Assembly: GCF_006345805.1 (NCBI RefSeq)
Contig: NC_043015.1
Location: forward strand, 47,182,001 to 47,246,000
From: Octopus sinensis
Lineage: Eukaryota
Direction of reading: 5' to 3'
DNA: 64,000 nucleotides
Positions 49,594 through 63,512 of the stretch are shown piece by piece. The notes beneath the pieces are model-generated. The model had not been told where the DNA came from and ran no database searches. It saw only the letters and a program-made list of their open reading frames with translations. Within the stretch, counting starts at the first letter, position 1, and each line of letters begins with the position of its first letter. Made by a program: the position numbers and the translations under genes.

Positions 49594-49799
49594 GTGTGTG
49601 TGTGTGTATATGTATGAATGTATATGGGAATTGAAATCATAATCATTAGATTGTGAGTGCAACACCCTAACTACTGGGCCATGTGCCCTCATACACACAC
49701 ACACACACACCCTCCTCACTAGCTGAATGACCTGGCATTGCCCGGGTTACATGGTATTAATGCTGTGAAACCAACAACGGCTACTGTCTTTACTTTTAG

Positions 49800-49996
49800 G
49801 TGTGAAGACTGGGATATTTCTCGGACGAGGTCGAGTCAAGTTACCTAATCAGCAAAAATTCAATATAGAACCCACAAAATATTACTGTGCCAACGACTTC
49901 AACATCGGAGCCATTGTGCAGCTGAATCACTACGTCTATCGAATCGTCGATGCTGACGAGAACACTTTCAAATACATGGAGAATCATCCAGAGGAG
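49800..49996 (+). CDS. EFHC2: EFHC2 exon 8
   Basis: TTTTAG acceptor; GIFLGRGRVK...FNIGAIVQLNHYVYRIVDADENTFKYMENHPEE; GTTTGT donor. Confidence 0.9.
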
Positions 49997-52588
49997 GTTT
50001 GTGTGAGGATTTCGAATAGGGTTAGATCAAACTGTCATTGTTGTCTTGTTATCATCACAATCATCATTATCAGTGTCCCTGGAATCATTATCATCATCAT
50101 CAGCATCATCATCACTGGCATCATCATCATCATCATCACTGGCGTCATCATCATCATTGTCATCATTATCATATAAGAGAGAACAGCGAACTAGCAGAAA
50201 CCTTAGCACGCCGGGCGAAATGCGTAGCCGTATTTCGTCTGCCGTTACGTTCAGAGTGCAAATTCCGCCGAGGTCGACTTTGTCTTTCATCCTTTCGGGG
50301 TCGATTAAATAAATACCAGTCACGCACTGGGGTCGATATAATTGACTTAATCCGTTTGTCTGTCCTTGTTTGTCTTGTCCTCTCTGTGTTTAGCCCCTTG
50401 TAGGTAGTAAAGAAATACATATAAGAGAGAACCTCTACATTAGGAGTAGAGGGCCTTTTTTAATCAATCCCAGGTGTAAATTTCAAATACACCAAAACTC
50501 GCGCAGAGATACCTCTGTGTTGAGCAAAAATGTAAGTGAGAAGTCATCATCAATGGAGATTATGTTTTAACTTGAAATTGGTGACATATATTTCAAGGCC
50601 AGCAATTTCAGGGGAAGGGATAAGTTGATAACTTTGACCCCAGTGTTTGACTGCTACTTATTTTATTGACCCCAAAAGGATGAAAGGCAAAAGTTGAGCT
50701 TGGCGGAAATTGAACTCAGAATGTAAAGACAGATAAAATACCTAAAGGGGCTAAACACAGAGAGGACAAACAAGGACAGACAAACGGATTAAGTCGATTA
50801 TATCGACCCCAGTGCGTAACTGGTACTTAATTTATTGACCCCAAAAGGATGAAAGGCAAAAGTTGAGCTTGGTGGAAATTGAACTCAGAATGTAAAGACA
50901 GATAAAATACCTATTTCTTTACTACCCACAAGGGGCTAAACACAGAGAGGACAAACAAGGACAGACAAACGGATTAAGTCGATTATATCGACCCCAGTGC
51001 GTAACTGGTACTTAATTTATCGACCCCAAAAGGATGAAAGGCAAAAGTCGAGCTTGGCCGAAATTGAACTCAGAATGTAAAGACAGGTAAAATACCATTA
51101 AGTTTTCTGCCAGCTCACCACCTATATATTTCAATATATTAATGTACAATATTTGATGGCATGAAAGACGTACTGGTATATTACATGGTCTCTAATTTCA
51201 GTAGGGGAATTCCAACCATGTTTCGCGGTTTGCTATCTCAACAGCTCCTAGGATCCAGTGACTAAAGACATCATCAGGAGGACCACTTCCGGTTTCGGCC
51301 CCCTACTCTTCTAATAATTTCAACGTGGCAGTACACTTTCTGGTTGTGCCACTGACAGTAATTCTATTTTAACTACGAAGTGTAATGAAGTGGCATGTTT
51401 GGAGAATTGTTAGCAGGAGTGGCTGTGTGGTAAGTAGCTTGCTTACCAACCACATGGTTCCGGGTTCAGTCCCACTGTGTGGCACCTTGGGCAAGTGTCT
51501 TCTACCATAGCCTTGGGCCAACGAAAGCCTTGTGAGTGGATTTGGTAGACGGAAACTGAAAGAAGCCTGTTGTATATAAGTACTGGGCTTACAAAGAATA
51601 AGTCCCAGGGTCTAGTTGCTCGACTAAAGGCGGTGCTCCAGCATGGCCGCAGTCAAATGCCTGAAACAAGGGAAAGAGTAAAGAGTATATCAGACAATGT
51701 ACTCAGTGACATTTTTTCCAGCATTATTTTCTGTGTTCAAATGCTACTGAAGTCGACTTTTCCTTCCCTTCTTTTAGGGTCGATAAAGTACCAGTCAAGT
51801 ACTGAGGTTGATGTAGTTGAATGCCTACTCCTATTAAAATTGCTAGCTTTGTGCCAAAATTAGAAAGAAATTACAATGTTCAGTTTGCCTTTTTTTTGGT
51901 GTTTTAAAGAAAACTTATAAAATCAAACATGGTGCTTCCAAATACTTTTTAAATTGAACTTGTAGTGATTGGGTAGGATTAAGGGGTGAATGTAGTGAAT
52001 GGTAGATCAGGGTGGAGGGATGAACAATGGTACATGAGATGAGGGGAGAGTAGGTGATGACTGCCTGTACAGAAGGGGATAAAGAGTTGGAGAATAACAA
52101 TAACAATACAGTACTTATGGAGAGATGAGATAGAAAGGGAAATGATGTGTGGGTGGATAAGTTGCACAATAACAAAGGAAGAGGCTTTTTAGTGTGTGAT
52201 GGAAGTGAAAGATGTATGATGGTTGAGAAGGGGAGATAATTTAGTAACATAATGGATAATTTAGTAACAAAAAGTGTAAAATGTGTGTGGAGAGGGATAA
52301 TATTACAAAAAAAAAAGGACGGATGATGACTAAAGTGATTCTGGGACATGAGAGAGATAACTATGGTCACAGAAGAAAAGATGGTAATTAAGGGATTGTG
52401 ATAGAGAGATGAGTGGTAGTGAAAAAGGAGAAAATTGGGTGAAGAGTACAGTTGTATACGTGTGTGTGTGTGTGTGCGTATTTAAAATATGTGTATTCTT
52501 TGTGTATATATGTATGATGATGATGATATATATATATATATTTACATTTATTTATATATATATATCATCATCATCATCATCATCATAT

Positions 52589-52665
<77 letters not shown>

Positions 52666-52753
52666 GTATATAGATACATACATACAGAATGTCCATAAAT
52701 TAGCTTAACAAATTAAAAGATTCAATTGTAGAAGTTGTAAAGACCTTTATAGA

Positions 52754-52801
<48 letters not shown>

Positions 52802-52891
52802 TTTTGCAAGTAACTTTACAAAGCTTTCCCATCAGTATTGATGCTCAATGATGTGGTTTCTTTACCATCCTTACCCTCCTTTCTCTTCCAG

Positions 52892-53226
52892 TTTCCGAAG
52901 GCAGACATCAGAAAAATAGTACACAAACTGAAAGACTCGGTGAAGGTGGGAGAGGAACAGCTGACAAAGCAGTTCCTGTTTCGAGATCCGAAGAGCACAG
53001 ACTATGTGTCATTCCAGGATATGATTGAGATCCTGTGTAGGTGTTCATCGGGCGACCTCAGCGAGCACGAGCTGATCACGATTGGTCGTTTCTTTAAATA
53101 CGAGGATCCCTCGCTGGAGAAGTGTCCAGAGGTGGTCATCATGTTGACCCAAGAGCAGCTGAGAAAGTCTGGGTTTGAGGGCATGAAGGACCTGCTTAAA
53201 AGCTGTCTTCACGAAGACAGGGACCG
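52892..53226 (+). CDS. EFHC2: EFHC2 exon 9 (EF-hand region)
   Basis: TTCCAG acceptor; FPKADIRKIVHKLK...LSEHELITIGRFF...SCLHEDRD; GTGAGT donor, phase 2. Confidence 0.9.
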
Positions 53227-55037
53227 GTGAGTATGCAATCGTTGAACGGTGAAGGATAAATTGTCCCCTTTTTCCAGACTCATCATCATCATCATCATCA
53301 TCGTCATCTTAATGTCTACTTTTCTATTCTTGCATAAGTCAATAAGTAAAAGAAAAAGAAAAAAGAAAGAACAAGAATGACATAGGTGCAAGCTTGGCTG
53401 CATGGTTAAGTGGCTTGCATTGCAGCCACGTGGTTTTGGGTTCAGTCCCACTGCACAGCACCTTGAGCAAGTGTCTTCTACTACAGCCCTGGGCTGACTA
53501 ATACTTGTGGATTTAGTAAAAAAAAACTGTGTAGAAGCCTACTGTATATATATATATCACGTCCGTGCTGGTGGCACGTAAAAAGTACTATTCGAGCGGG
53601 ATCATTACCAGTGTCACTTTACTGGCAATTGTACCGGTGGTACATGAAAAATCATTCAAGTGAGGTCGTTGCCAGTGTCGCTGGACTGGCTCCTCTGCAG
53701 GTGGTACGTAAAAAAATCACCATTTGAGCGTGGCCGTTGCCAGTACCGCCTGAATGGCCCTCGTAAAAGCACCCACTACACTCGGAGTGGTTGGCGTTAG
53801 GAAGGGCATCTAGCTGTAGAAATCTGCCATCTGGTTCGCCAGCCCTCAGTCAAATCGTCCAACCCATGCCAGCATGGAAAACAAACATTAAGCGATGATG
53901 ATGATGATGATGATGTTATATCTATATATATATATATGTATGTATATATGTAAAGAGAGATGAATAGATAGGTTGATAGATACACAGACAGACAGATGCT
54001 TGTATGTTGGTGACACTTATTTACAACTATCACACAATGTCAAAGCAAGAAGACAGTAAAGCATACACACACACACAGACACACATATGCCAGCAATGTA
54101 ACACCATGTCTGGCCATGGGGAAATATAAACCTAACTTGTTAACAGGTAAGGGTTAGTGACAGGAAGAGCATTCCAGCCATTGAAAATATACTCCAAACA
54201 ATTCCATCCGACCCTTGCCAGAATGGAGATGTGGGCATTAAAATAATGATGATGATGTTGTTATTGTTGTTTTCATGCTGGTATAGGTGAAATGGCTTTT
54301 GAAAATTTGTTTGTTTACATATCTTTGGAGCAGTCCTTGCTCCCATTAACCACTGAGTCCTGAATTTTGAATGGGTGAAATGTGGTTTGTCAGTCAAGTA
54401 TATGTAACATAATACACTTCGCTCAGCTATACTTTAAAATAAAACTTTTTGTTTAATTTGATTTATGTTCATATAATTAAGAAAATAATAATAATAATAA
54501 TAATAATGAAATTATTGTATACAGTGCTCAGGTGCACCACAACTTGTCAGAAAGTGCATATAAAGTACATGCAGTAATGTAGAAATGTCTGGAAAGTGAA
54601 CATGCTTGTGTGTGTATGGAGGGGAGAAAATCAGGTGTAGTGTCGGCGAATCTCAGGAAGCATGGAAGTCTTGAAGGATGCAGTGCTCCGACAACTAAAT
54701 CTGCCAGTAAAGTGGATGTTGACATACTTAATTAAGTGAATTAAGAAGTTTTAATGAATTAAAATACATTCAAGTTGAAGGAGACAAATATATTATTATC
54801 TTAAGATATAAATTCTGGCAAAGAAAGAAACGAACAAATGAGACTGAAAACAATACCTCCACCTTCGCTAAAGTGGAGGTAATAAAAGGTTCTTAGATAA
54901 AATTACAATAGAAATTCTTAATTATGGACCCTGTAAAATGGTTAGCTTTATATCATGGAACCAAGAGGGTTGGTATCAAAAGGGTCAAGTCTGGCAAATG
55001 TAAATCTTTAGCTGATCTTAAACATTTTTATTTACAG

Positions 55038-55130
55038 AACTGGTAAAATTCCTGCTACTAGTTTAAGACGTATCATGCTGTCTCATAATATTCCACTGAA
55101 AAAATATTTATTGGAGGAACTTATTGAGAA
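55038..55130 (+). CDS. EFHC2: EFHC2 exon 10 (absent from the ORF track)
   Basis: TTACAG acceptor; TGKIPATSLRRIMLSHNIPLKKYLLEELIEK aligns to human LPTKDIKRLCKSSRLPLSDDLLESLL; GTGAGT donor, phase 2. Confidence 0.85.
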
Positions 55131-56284
55131 GTGAGTTTCCTTATTTCTATTCTATTCTGTTAGATTATTTTTTTGTTCACAGTTTGTATTATATATATAT
55201 CGTCGTTTAAAGTCCGTTTTCCATGCTAGCATGGGTTGGACGGTTCAACGGGAGTCTGGGAAGCCAGAAGGCTGCGCCAGGCCCAGTCTGATCTGGCAGT
55301 GTTTCTACGGCTGGATGCCCTTCCTAATGCCAACCACTCCGTGAGTGTAGTGGGTGCTTTTACGTGCCACTGGCACAGGTGCCAGACGAGGCTGGCAAAC
55401 GGCCACGATCGGCTGGTGCTTTTTACATGCCACCAGCACGGGGGCAGACGAGGCTGGCAACACCCACAATCGGATGGTGCATTTTACGTGCCACCGGCAC
55501 GGAGGCCAGTCGAGGCGGCGCTACCTACATGTGTGTGTGTGTGTGTTGCACTCATGAACTGGTGATCGTAATTTCAATTCCTAGACCGGGTGGTGTGTTG
55601 TGTTCTTCAGCAAAACACTTCATCTCACATTGCTCAGCAATCACTTCAACACCTGATGTGTAGTACACTGTGCACCTGTTCAGGTAACGTCGATTTGGAG
55701 GAGTGAGTGAGCCAATGTGTGGCACAAACATTCAATAAACTTTCATCAGAACTCCAAACATCTTGCACAACTGCTTTTGGACATCTGTAAAAAATTGGAA
55801 AAGTCAAGAAAACAAATACATTTGTTCCACATCAACTGAATGAGATTAAAAAAAAACAGATGCCTCGAAGTGTGCTCTTTATTTCTTGACTGGAAAAATA
55901 CCATTTTTGCATCAAATCATTACCTGTGATGAGAAATTTCTTCTGCCATTTTTGAGTTAAGTTGCCTGTCTCAGAACTAATTACTGACTGATGCTGAGGT
56001 ATGCCTGTATTTTATTTCTTGTCTTTTATATCTACTTTCTTGCTTTTTCTCTCATTTTTGTTCATTATGCCTGATGATTGTGCTAGGACACCAGACGTGT
56101 TAAATAATACTGTCTGGCATGCTCTCAGCACATGAAACTAATAGTAGCACATAAAAACATATATAGAGTACTTTTTTGTGTACGAAACAGTAGACTATAT
56201 ATATATATATATATTTATATATGCTAGCATGGAACATGGACATTAAATAATGATAATGATATATATATATATATTATATATATA

Positions 56285-56343
<59 letters not shown>

Positions 56344-56535
56344 GTGATGGGCTGATGGGCTTTAATCAGTTTCTGTTTATTAAATTTACTGACAAGGCTT
56401 TGGGCAACCAGTCAAGGGTGCTGTTTAGTGGAACTGAACCCAAAACTGAAAGGTTAAGGAGCAAAAGTTTTGACCCATTGCCATGATTGCACTTCCAACA
56501 ATAATTCCAACTATTCTAATTTCTGTCACTCACAG

Positions 56536-56791
56536 GTTCCCTAAAGATGACGATGGAAAGATATTTTATGAAGAGCTTCTCAAATATATTGACTGGCAGG
56601 AAAGGCCTCAAGCAATTCAGGTTACCCAACTGGTCGACCCATCTCTGTTGAAGAGCCCTTCGTCTAAAGTTTATATAGAAAAAATCAACTACCGAACATT
56701 GCTGAGTGACATGTACCCACCAAATCATGAAATTTGTGATCTGCAATGTAATGAAAAAGCTCAGGAAGCCACACAACCGCAATCGAATTAA
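56536..56791 (+). CDS. EFHC2: EFHC2 exon 11 (last); joined CDS 2292 nt, 763 aa
   Basis: CACAG acceptor; FPKDDDGKIFYEELLKYIDWQ...KINYRTLLSDM...stop TAA. Confidence 0.88.
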
Positions 56792-59729
56792 AGAGGATTT
56801 CTTTTCTTAAACATGTTTTTTTAACACTTTTGAAGATAACTCTCTTTACTCTTTTACTTGTTTCAGTCATTTGACTGTGGCCGTGCTGGAGCATCGCCTT
56901 TAATCGAGCAACTCCACCCTGGGACTTATTCTTTGTAAGCCTAGTACTTATTCTATCGGTCTCTTTTTGCCGAACTGCTAAGTGACAGAAACATAAACAC
57001 ACCAGCATCAGTTGTCAAGTGATGTTGTATGGGACACACACAAACATACATGCACACACACATATATATATGACGGGCTTCTTTCAGTTTCCGTCTACTA
57101 AATCCACTCACAAGGCTTTGGTCGGCCCGAGGCTATAGTAGAAGACACTTGCCCAAGATGCCACGCAGTGGGACTGACCCTGGAACCATGTGGTTGGTAG
57201 ACAAGCTACTTACCACACAGCCACTCCTGTGCCTATTTAAAAATCAAAGCAATTCGTGTGTGTGTGTGTGAGTATGTGTGTATATTTGTGTATACGTATG
57301 TAAATGTGTGAATGCACAAATGAGTGTGTGCAGTTGTGTCTTCTTGCCAGAGTTGGTGTGTTTACATCCCTGTAACCTAGCAGTTCAGCAAAATAGACTA
57401 ACAGAATAAGTACTAAGCTTTGAAAAAACTAAGTAATTGGATCAATTCATTTACAACATGATGATAGTTGTAAACAATTAATCATATAAGTGGTGTTGTT
57501 TGTCCAGTCATGGGGAAATATGGATTTCAAATTTTGGCACAAGGCCAGCAATTTTGGGAGGAGTGGGTAAGTCAATTATATCGACCCCCAGTGCTATACT
57601 CTCTCTTACTCTTTTACTCTTTTACTTGTTTCAGTCATTTGACTGCGGCCATGCTGGAGCACCGCCTTTAGTCGAGCAAATCAACCCCGGGACTTATTCT
57701 TTGTAAGCCCAGTACTTATTCTATTGGTCTCTTTTGCTGAACCGCTAAGTGACGGGGACGTAAACACACCAGCATCGGTTGTGAAGCAATGCTAGGGGGA
57801 CAAACACACAAACACACACACATACACATATATATACATATATACGACAGGCTTCTTTCAGTTTCCGTCTACCAAATCCACTCACAAGGCATTGGTCGGC
57901 CCGGGGCTATAGCAGAAGACACTTGCCCAAGATGCCACGCAGTGGGACTGAACCCGGAACCATGTGGTTGGTTAGCAAGCTACTTACCACACAGCCACTC
58001 CTGCGCCTATACTGGTAATTATTTTATAGAATGAAAGGCAAAGCTAACCTCAGTGGAATTTATACTCAGAACATGAAGACAGATGAAATGACACTTGAGC
58101 ATTTCCCTCAACGTGTTTAAGATTCTGCCAGCTTCCTCACCTTGCCATGGGGAAATATTACCCCTTGCTGGGAAACAGATGAGGGTTAGTGACAGGAAGG
58201 GCACCCGACCATTGAATATCTGCCCCAGGCATAGGAGTGGCTGTATGGTAAGTAGCTTGCTTACTAACCACATGGTTCCGGGTTCAGTCCCACTGCGTGG
58301 CACCTTGGGCAAGTGTCTTCTACTATAGCCTCAGGCTGACCAAAGCCTTGTGAGTGGATTTGGTAGACGGAAACTAAAAGAAGCCTGTCGTATATATGTT
58401 TACATATATATATGTATGTGTGTATGAGTGTGTGTGTATGTCTGTGTGTCTGTGTTTGTCCCTACATCGCTTGACAACCGATGGTGGTGTGTTTATGTCC
58501 CCGTAACTTAGCGGTTCGGCAAAAGAGACCGATAGAATAAGTACTAGGCTTACAAAGATTAAGTCCCGGGGTCGATTTGCTCGACTAAAGGCGGTGCTCC
58601 AGCATGGCCCCTGTCAAATGACTGAAACAAGTAAAAGAGTAAGAGTAAATTCAATCTGATTTATGCAAGCCAGGAGAAATCAACATTAAAAGGAAGATGA
58701 AGAGGATGAGCATATCTAGGACTACATAATCCAATGTGTTGTTTTCTTTTCTGTAAGTTGTGATGTTGGGGAGATTCTGACAGGTGGGCCAGCACAGTAG
58801 AGCAATCAATTTCTAGCCTTGTGCTATGTATGAACCTTGGGTGCGTTGCAAGATTTTGAGACGAGTTGGAAAATGTCAGGATATTTAAAAACATTTGAGT
58901 ATCTTTAGTGCATCAGTGTATGAAAAATACAGTGCACCATCATCATTTCAATGTCCCCTTTTCTATGCTCTCATGGGTTACTCTTTTACTTGTTTCAGTC
59001 ATTTGACTGTGGCCATGCTGGAGCACCACCTTTTTTAGTCGAGCAAATCGACCCCAGGACTTATTCTTTGTAAGCCTAGTACTTATTCTATCGGTCTCTT
59101 TTTGCCGAACCGCTAAGTTACGGGGACATAAACACACCAGCATCGGTTGTCAAGCGATGTTGGGGGGACAAACAGACACACAAACATATATATATATATA
59201 CATATATACGATGGGTTTCTTTCAGTTTCTGTTTACTAAATCTACTCACAAGGCTTTGGTCGGCCCAAGGCTATAGTAGAAGACACTTGTCCAAGGTGCC
59301 ACGCAGTGGGACTGAACCCGGAACCACTCCTACGCCTTGGACGAAGCTTTCTGAGGCAGATTCTTTTAATAGCATGGTGTCCTTCCTCTCTCCTGATGCA
59401 ATCTTTGCTTCAATGCTTCAAACAAACCAAAAGAAATATATTCAATTTTTGCTTTAATTGCTTCACCTGGAGTCGATGGTCCATGACCTTTGTAAGCTTT
59501 TAAAGACTGCTGTTGTTAAAGTTCAGTTTAAACTGCTGCAGGTAAATATCTTTACAAAAAACATGACTAAGCAAAAGATCAAGGAAGCCTTCGAAGATTG
59601 TCCCAGGGACACAGTGATGGATATATGCACCAGGTTTCCAGAGCTGCCTTGAAGCTGTGGTGGAAGCTGAGGGCAGCTACTTTGAGTAAACTGTTATATC
59701 CCAGTCATAATCTAGTTGACATCTTTTGA

Positions 59730-60385
59730 TTTTTACTTCTGCTTTAGCAAAGGTATTGTTTTCAGTCATACTTGTTTATTTGTCCTTGGACAAAATATCT
59801 CAAGAACTGCTGGATGAATTCAGATGAAACTTTCAGAGATGTTTGGCCTCTTCACTGGCATGAACTGATTAGATTTTGGGATTGATCTGCTATCATACTT
59901 CCTACCACACAGCCATACCAGCAAATAGCTATATACATACGTAGATAGTCAGAGAAGTAGAGATAGAGATGAAACTTTCAGAGATGTTTGTCCTCTTGAC
60001 TGGCATGAGCTGATTAGATTTTGGGATTGATCTGCTATCAGACTTCCTACAACACAGCCATACCAGCAAATAGCTATATAGATACACAGATAGTCAGAGA
60101 AGTAGAGATAGAGATGAAACTTTCAGAGATGTTTGGCCTCTTGACTGGCATGAACTGATTAGATTCTGGGATTGACCTGCTATCAGACAAGGATTCTGGA
60201 TTATTTTTCCAGTTTTTTTTTTACTTAATTCTTGAGAACGGTCAGGCTCATTTTTAGTATTGTCGTTTGTGAGAGCAGTCAAGTTTATTTCAGATATTCT
60301 CATTTTAAAAATCATTTCCCACTAATCGCTGAGAGGACGTTGGTGTTGCCTTGGTGGAGTTTGCACTCTCTGAGTCCTCTTATTT
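59730..60385 (+). mobile_element. Helentron/DINE-type non-autonomous rolling-circle element with an internal 145-bp tandem repeat
   Basis: 5' TTTTTACTTCTGC...GGTATTGTTTTC, 3' CCTTGGTGGAGTTTGCACTCTCTGAGT; repeat units start at 59822, 59967, 60112. Confidence 0.6.
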
Positions 60386-60490
60386 TAGAATTCTTTTGGA
60401 TGGGATATTTTCTTTCCTTTCTTTTCCTTCTATGCAGACTGTCAAATTTAACCTGAACACTCTATACAAGTATGGATGAAATGCTGTTAA

Positions 60491-60711
60491 CCCTTTCGTT
60501 ACTGTATTTATTTTGAGATGCTCTGTGTTTCTTTCAATTATTTTAAATATAATAAGGAATTTAGTAAAATAACTTAGTTATCATTCAGCTAGTGTTAGGA
60601 ACATAAATTGCAACTAAGGTTTGGTGGAAGATTTTAATGAAAAACCTATGAAAACAAGACATTAATACTACAGAGCCAGAGCCGGTTTTGGCCGGGCTGG
60701 TAATGAAAGGG
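60491..60711. mobile_element. piggyBac-like MITE, family 2, copy 3
   Basis: TTAA|CCCTTTCGTTAC...GTAATGAAAGGG|TTAA. Confidence 0.85.
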
Positions 60712-61607
60712 TTAAGCAGTTTGCCTGGTGTGCTAACAACTCTGCCAGCTGGCCACCTTAACAACAACAACAACAGACACAGCAGCAACAACAAATTCCA
60801 TTTATTAAATTTCAATTATTTTATTTACATGAAAAAAAAAAGCTTAAATACTTACTGAAAACGAAGTATTTTGGTAGGTCTTAGTGGGTTGGAACACAAA
60901 GTAAGGATAAGATGTGTAGGATTGGGTAGAGGTAGTATATGATGGCAAGGCAAATATATTGGAAACTTGGGGAAATGGTGGTGCATGCAGTAAGCTACTT
61001 CAACCAGGTTTTTATTTATAAAATCATCATCATCATCATCATCGTTTAACGTCCGCTTTCCATGCTAGCATGGGTTGGACGGTTCGGCCGGGGATCTGGG
61101 AAGCCAGAAAGGCTGCACCAGGCTCCAGTCTGATCTGGCAGTGTTTCTACAGCTGGATGCCCTTCCTAACGCCAACCACTCCATGAGTGTAGTGGGTGCT
61201 TTTTATGTGCCAGGCGAGGCTGGCAACGGCCATGATCAGATTGGTGGATGAAGTAAAAAAAAAAAAAGAAAAAAATGTACAATACAACTTTGTAGAAGTA
61301 TCAGCTAACAAGAATTCACATGGTCATTGAAAAAATCATTGTGGAAATCTCTAGGTGTCTGCTTGACCTGCTAGAAAAGGCAGCCATATCACAGTTTAGT
61401 GTCTTAAAAAAAAAGAAACAGCAGAGGAAACATAATGTAGTCCTTGATAGTCATGCTTGAATAAAGATGAAATGGTCATGTCTGGAATGGTTTTGATCAT
61501 GTGCCAGCTCAGTTGGAGCCTAAATGATGAGCTAGCTTTTGATTTATGTGTGTATAGTCTGCTATTTAAAAAAATTTTTTTTTTTGCAGAACAATGTTTA
61601 TTGGTTA

Positions 61608-61744
61608 TTAGCTGTTAGTTTTAGGAAATTCTTTCCACATGTCCTTGAATCCATCACAGCAGTTGGACTTAGCACCATATTTTTCACAACATTTAAGCAT
61701 TAGATTAATAACTTCTTGGCATTTTGCTTCTTGGTATCTGTTTT
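61608..61744 (-). CDS. CMC4: CMC4 coding exon 2 (last); 67 aa in total, twin CX9C
   Basis: TATAG acceptor; ENRYQEAKCQEVINLMLKCCEKYGAKSNCCDGF versus human ANSYMESKCQAVIQELRKCC...CSGF; AATAAA at 61602-61597. Confidence 0.88.
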
Positions 61745-62536
61745 CTATAATTAGAAAACAAAAACAAATATAAATACATCCCTCCAGCGTGTGGCATTTA
61801 TGTGTAGTAATGCCCTCTATATAATATAAATAAATATATATATGAATATGTATATACTTACAGACATATAAATACACACACGCATATAATTAGACCAGAT
61901 TTATAACTAGAAAATACAAACAATTCAAGATTAAATAAAATAGTTTAATTCATTTATAATCATATTTCTTAAGGAATGCATTACCTATGTGCTTCAATTA
62001 ATTTTTAAAATAATCAACTTAGCAGAGCGAAATAATTAATTTTGTCATTATTAAGTTGGTTGGTATTTGGAGTAAAACAGCCTAACATAACATTACAAAA
62101 CTAGCTTAAATATAAAATTGTGAGTTTTTTAAGAATTATTACTATTATTTAAATACAGACTGTTGCTCAGGCATGCTGTGGTTCAGAAGCTTGCTTCCCA
62201 ACCACATGGTTTCCAGTTCAGTCCTGCTGCATGGCACCTTGGGCAGCTGTCTTCTACAATGGACCTAGGCCGACGAAAGACTTGTGAGTGGATTGGGTAG
62301 ATGGAAACTGGAAGAAACCCATCATGTTCTTTTACTTGTTTCAGTCATTTTTGACTGCGGTCATGCTGGAGCATTACCTTTAGTTGAACAAATTGATTCC
62401 AGGACTTATTCTTTGTAAGCCTAGTACTTATTCTATTGGCCTCTTTTGCCAAACCTCTAAGTTACAAGGATGTTAACACACCAACATTGGTTGTCAAACG
62501 ATGGTGGGGGGACAAACACACACAAATAAATACATG

Positions 62537-62578
<42 letters not shown>

Positions 62579-63445
62579 ATGGGCTTCTTTCAGTTTCTGT
62601 CTACCAAATCCACTCATAAGGCTTTGTTTGACCCAAGGTAGAAGACACTTGCCCAAGGTGCCACACAGTAGGACTGAACCCAGAACCATGTGGTTAGGAA
62701 GCAAGCTCTTACCACACACCCACTCCTATATATACATATATATTTATATAATGATAATATGTTTTGTCTCCTTGTTTAGACATCATGTGATAGCTGTAAA
62801 CGAGTGTCACTGTCATATAAGCAGTGTCATTCACTTCCAATATAAAAACATCCAGCACATTCTGTAGAGTGGTTGGTGCAAGGAAGATCATCCAGCTGTA
62901 GAAACTATACCAAATTGGATTATAGTCTGGTGCAGCTTGCCAGCTCTGGTGAAATTGTCCAACCCATGCCAGTGTGGACAATGGACGTTAAATGTTGATG
63001 ATGATGATATATATATATAAATCAATAAATGGTGGTAGGATCGGCTGACAACTGATGCTGGTGTCATCCCCCATAACTTAGCAGTTCAGCAAAAGAGACC
63101 AACAGAATAAGTACTAGGCTTTCAAAGAATAAGTCCTGGGGTCGATTTGCTCAACTAAAGGCGGTGCTCCAGCACAGCCACATAATTGAAATAAGTAAAA
63201 GAGTATATATATATATAGACACACACACACACGATAAGCTTCTTTCGGTTTCCATCTACCAAATCCACTCTCAAGGTTTTGGTCAACCCAGGGCTATAGT
63301 AGATGACGCTTGTTCAAGGTGACACACAATGAGATTGAACACACAACCATGTGATTGGGCAGCAAACTTCCTACCACACAGCCATACCAGCAAATAGCTA
63401 TACAGATACACAGATAGACAGAGAAGTAGAAAGGGAGAGAGTTAC

Positions 63446-63512
63446 CCTGTAGGCATGCCTGGATTTGGCAAGCTAGTTTTTTACAAGGGTCAGTCGACTT
63501 AGAAGCTGGCAT
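63446..63512 (-). CDS. CMC4: CX9C motif-containing protein 4 (p8MTCP1-like), coding exon 1
   Basis: MPASKSTDPCKKLACQIQACLQ versus human MPQKDPCQKQACEIQKCLQ; acceptor TTTTAACAG just upstream of the ATG; donor GTAAC. Confidence 0.88.

Noticed and set aside
51205-51285. CTGATGA...GAAACATGGTT on the - strand
   Set aside because: Stem II long and unpaired at its base; stem I weak.
56065-56105. CTGATGA-TTGT...ACAC motif
   Set aside because: GAAA element absent.
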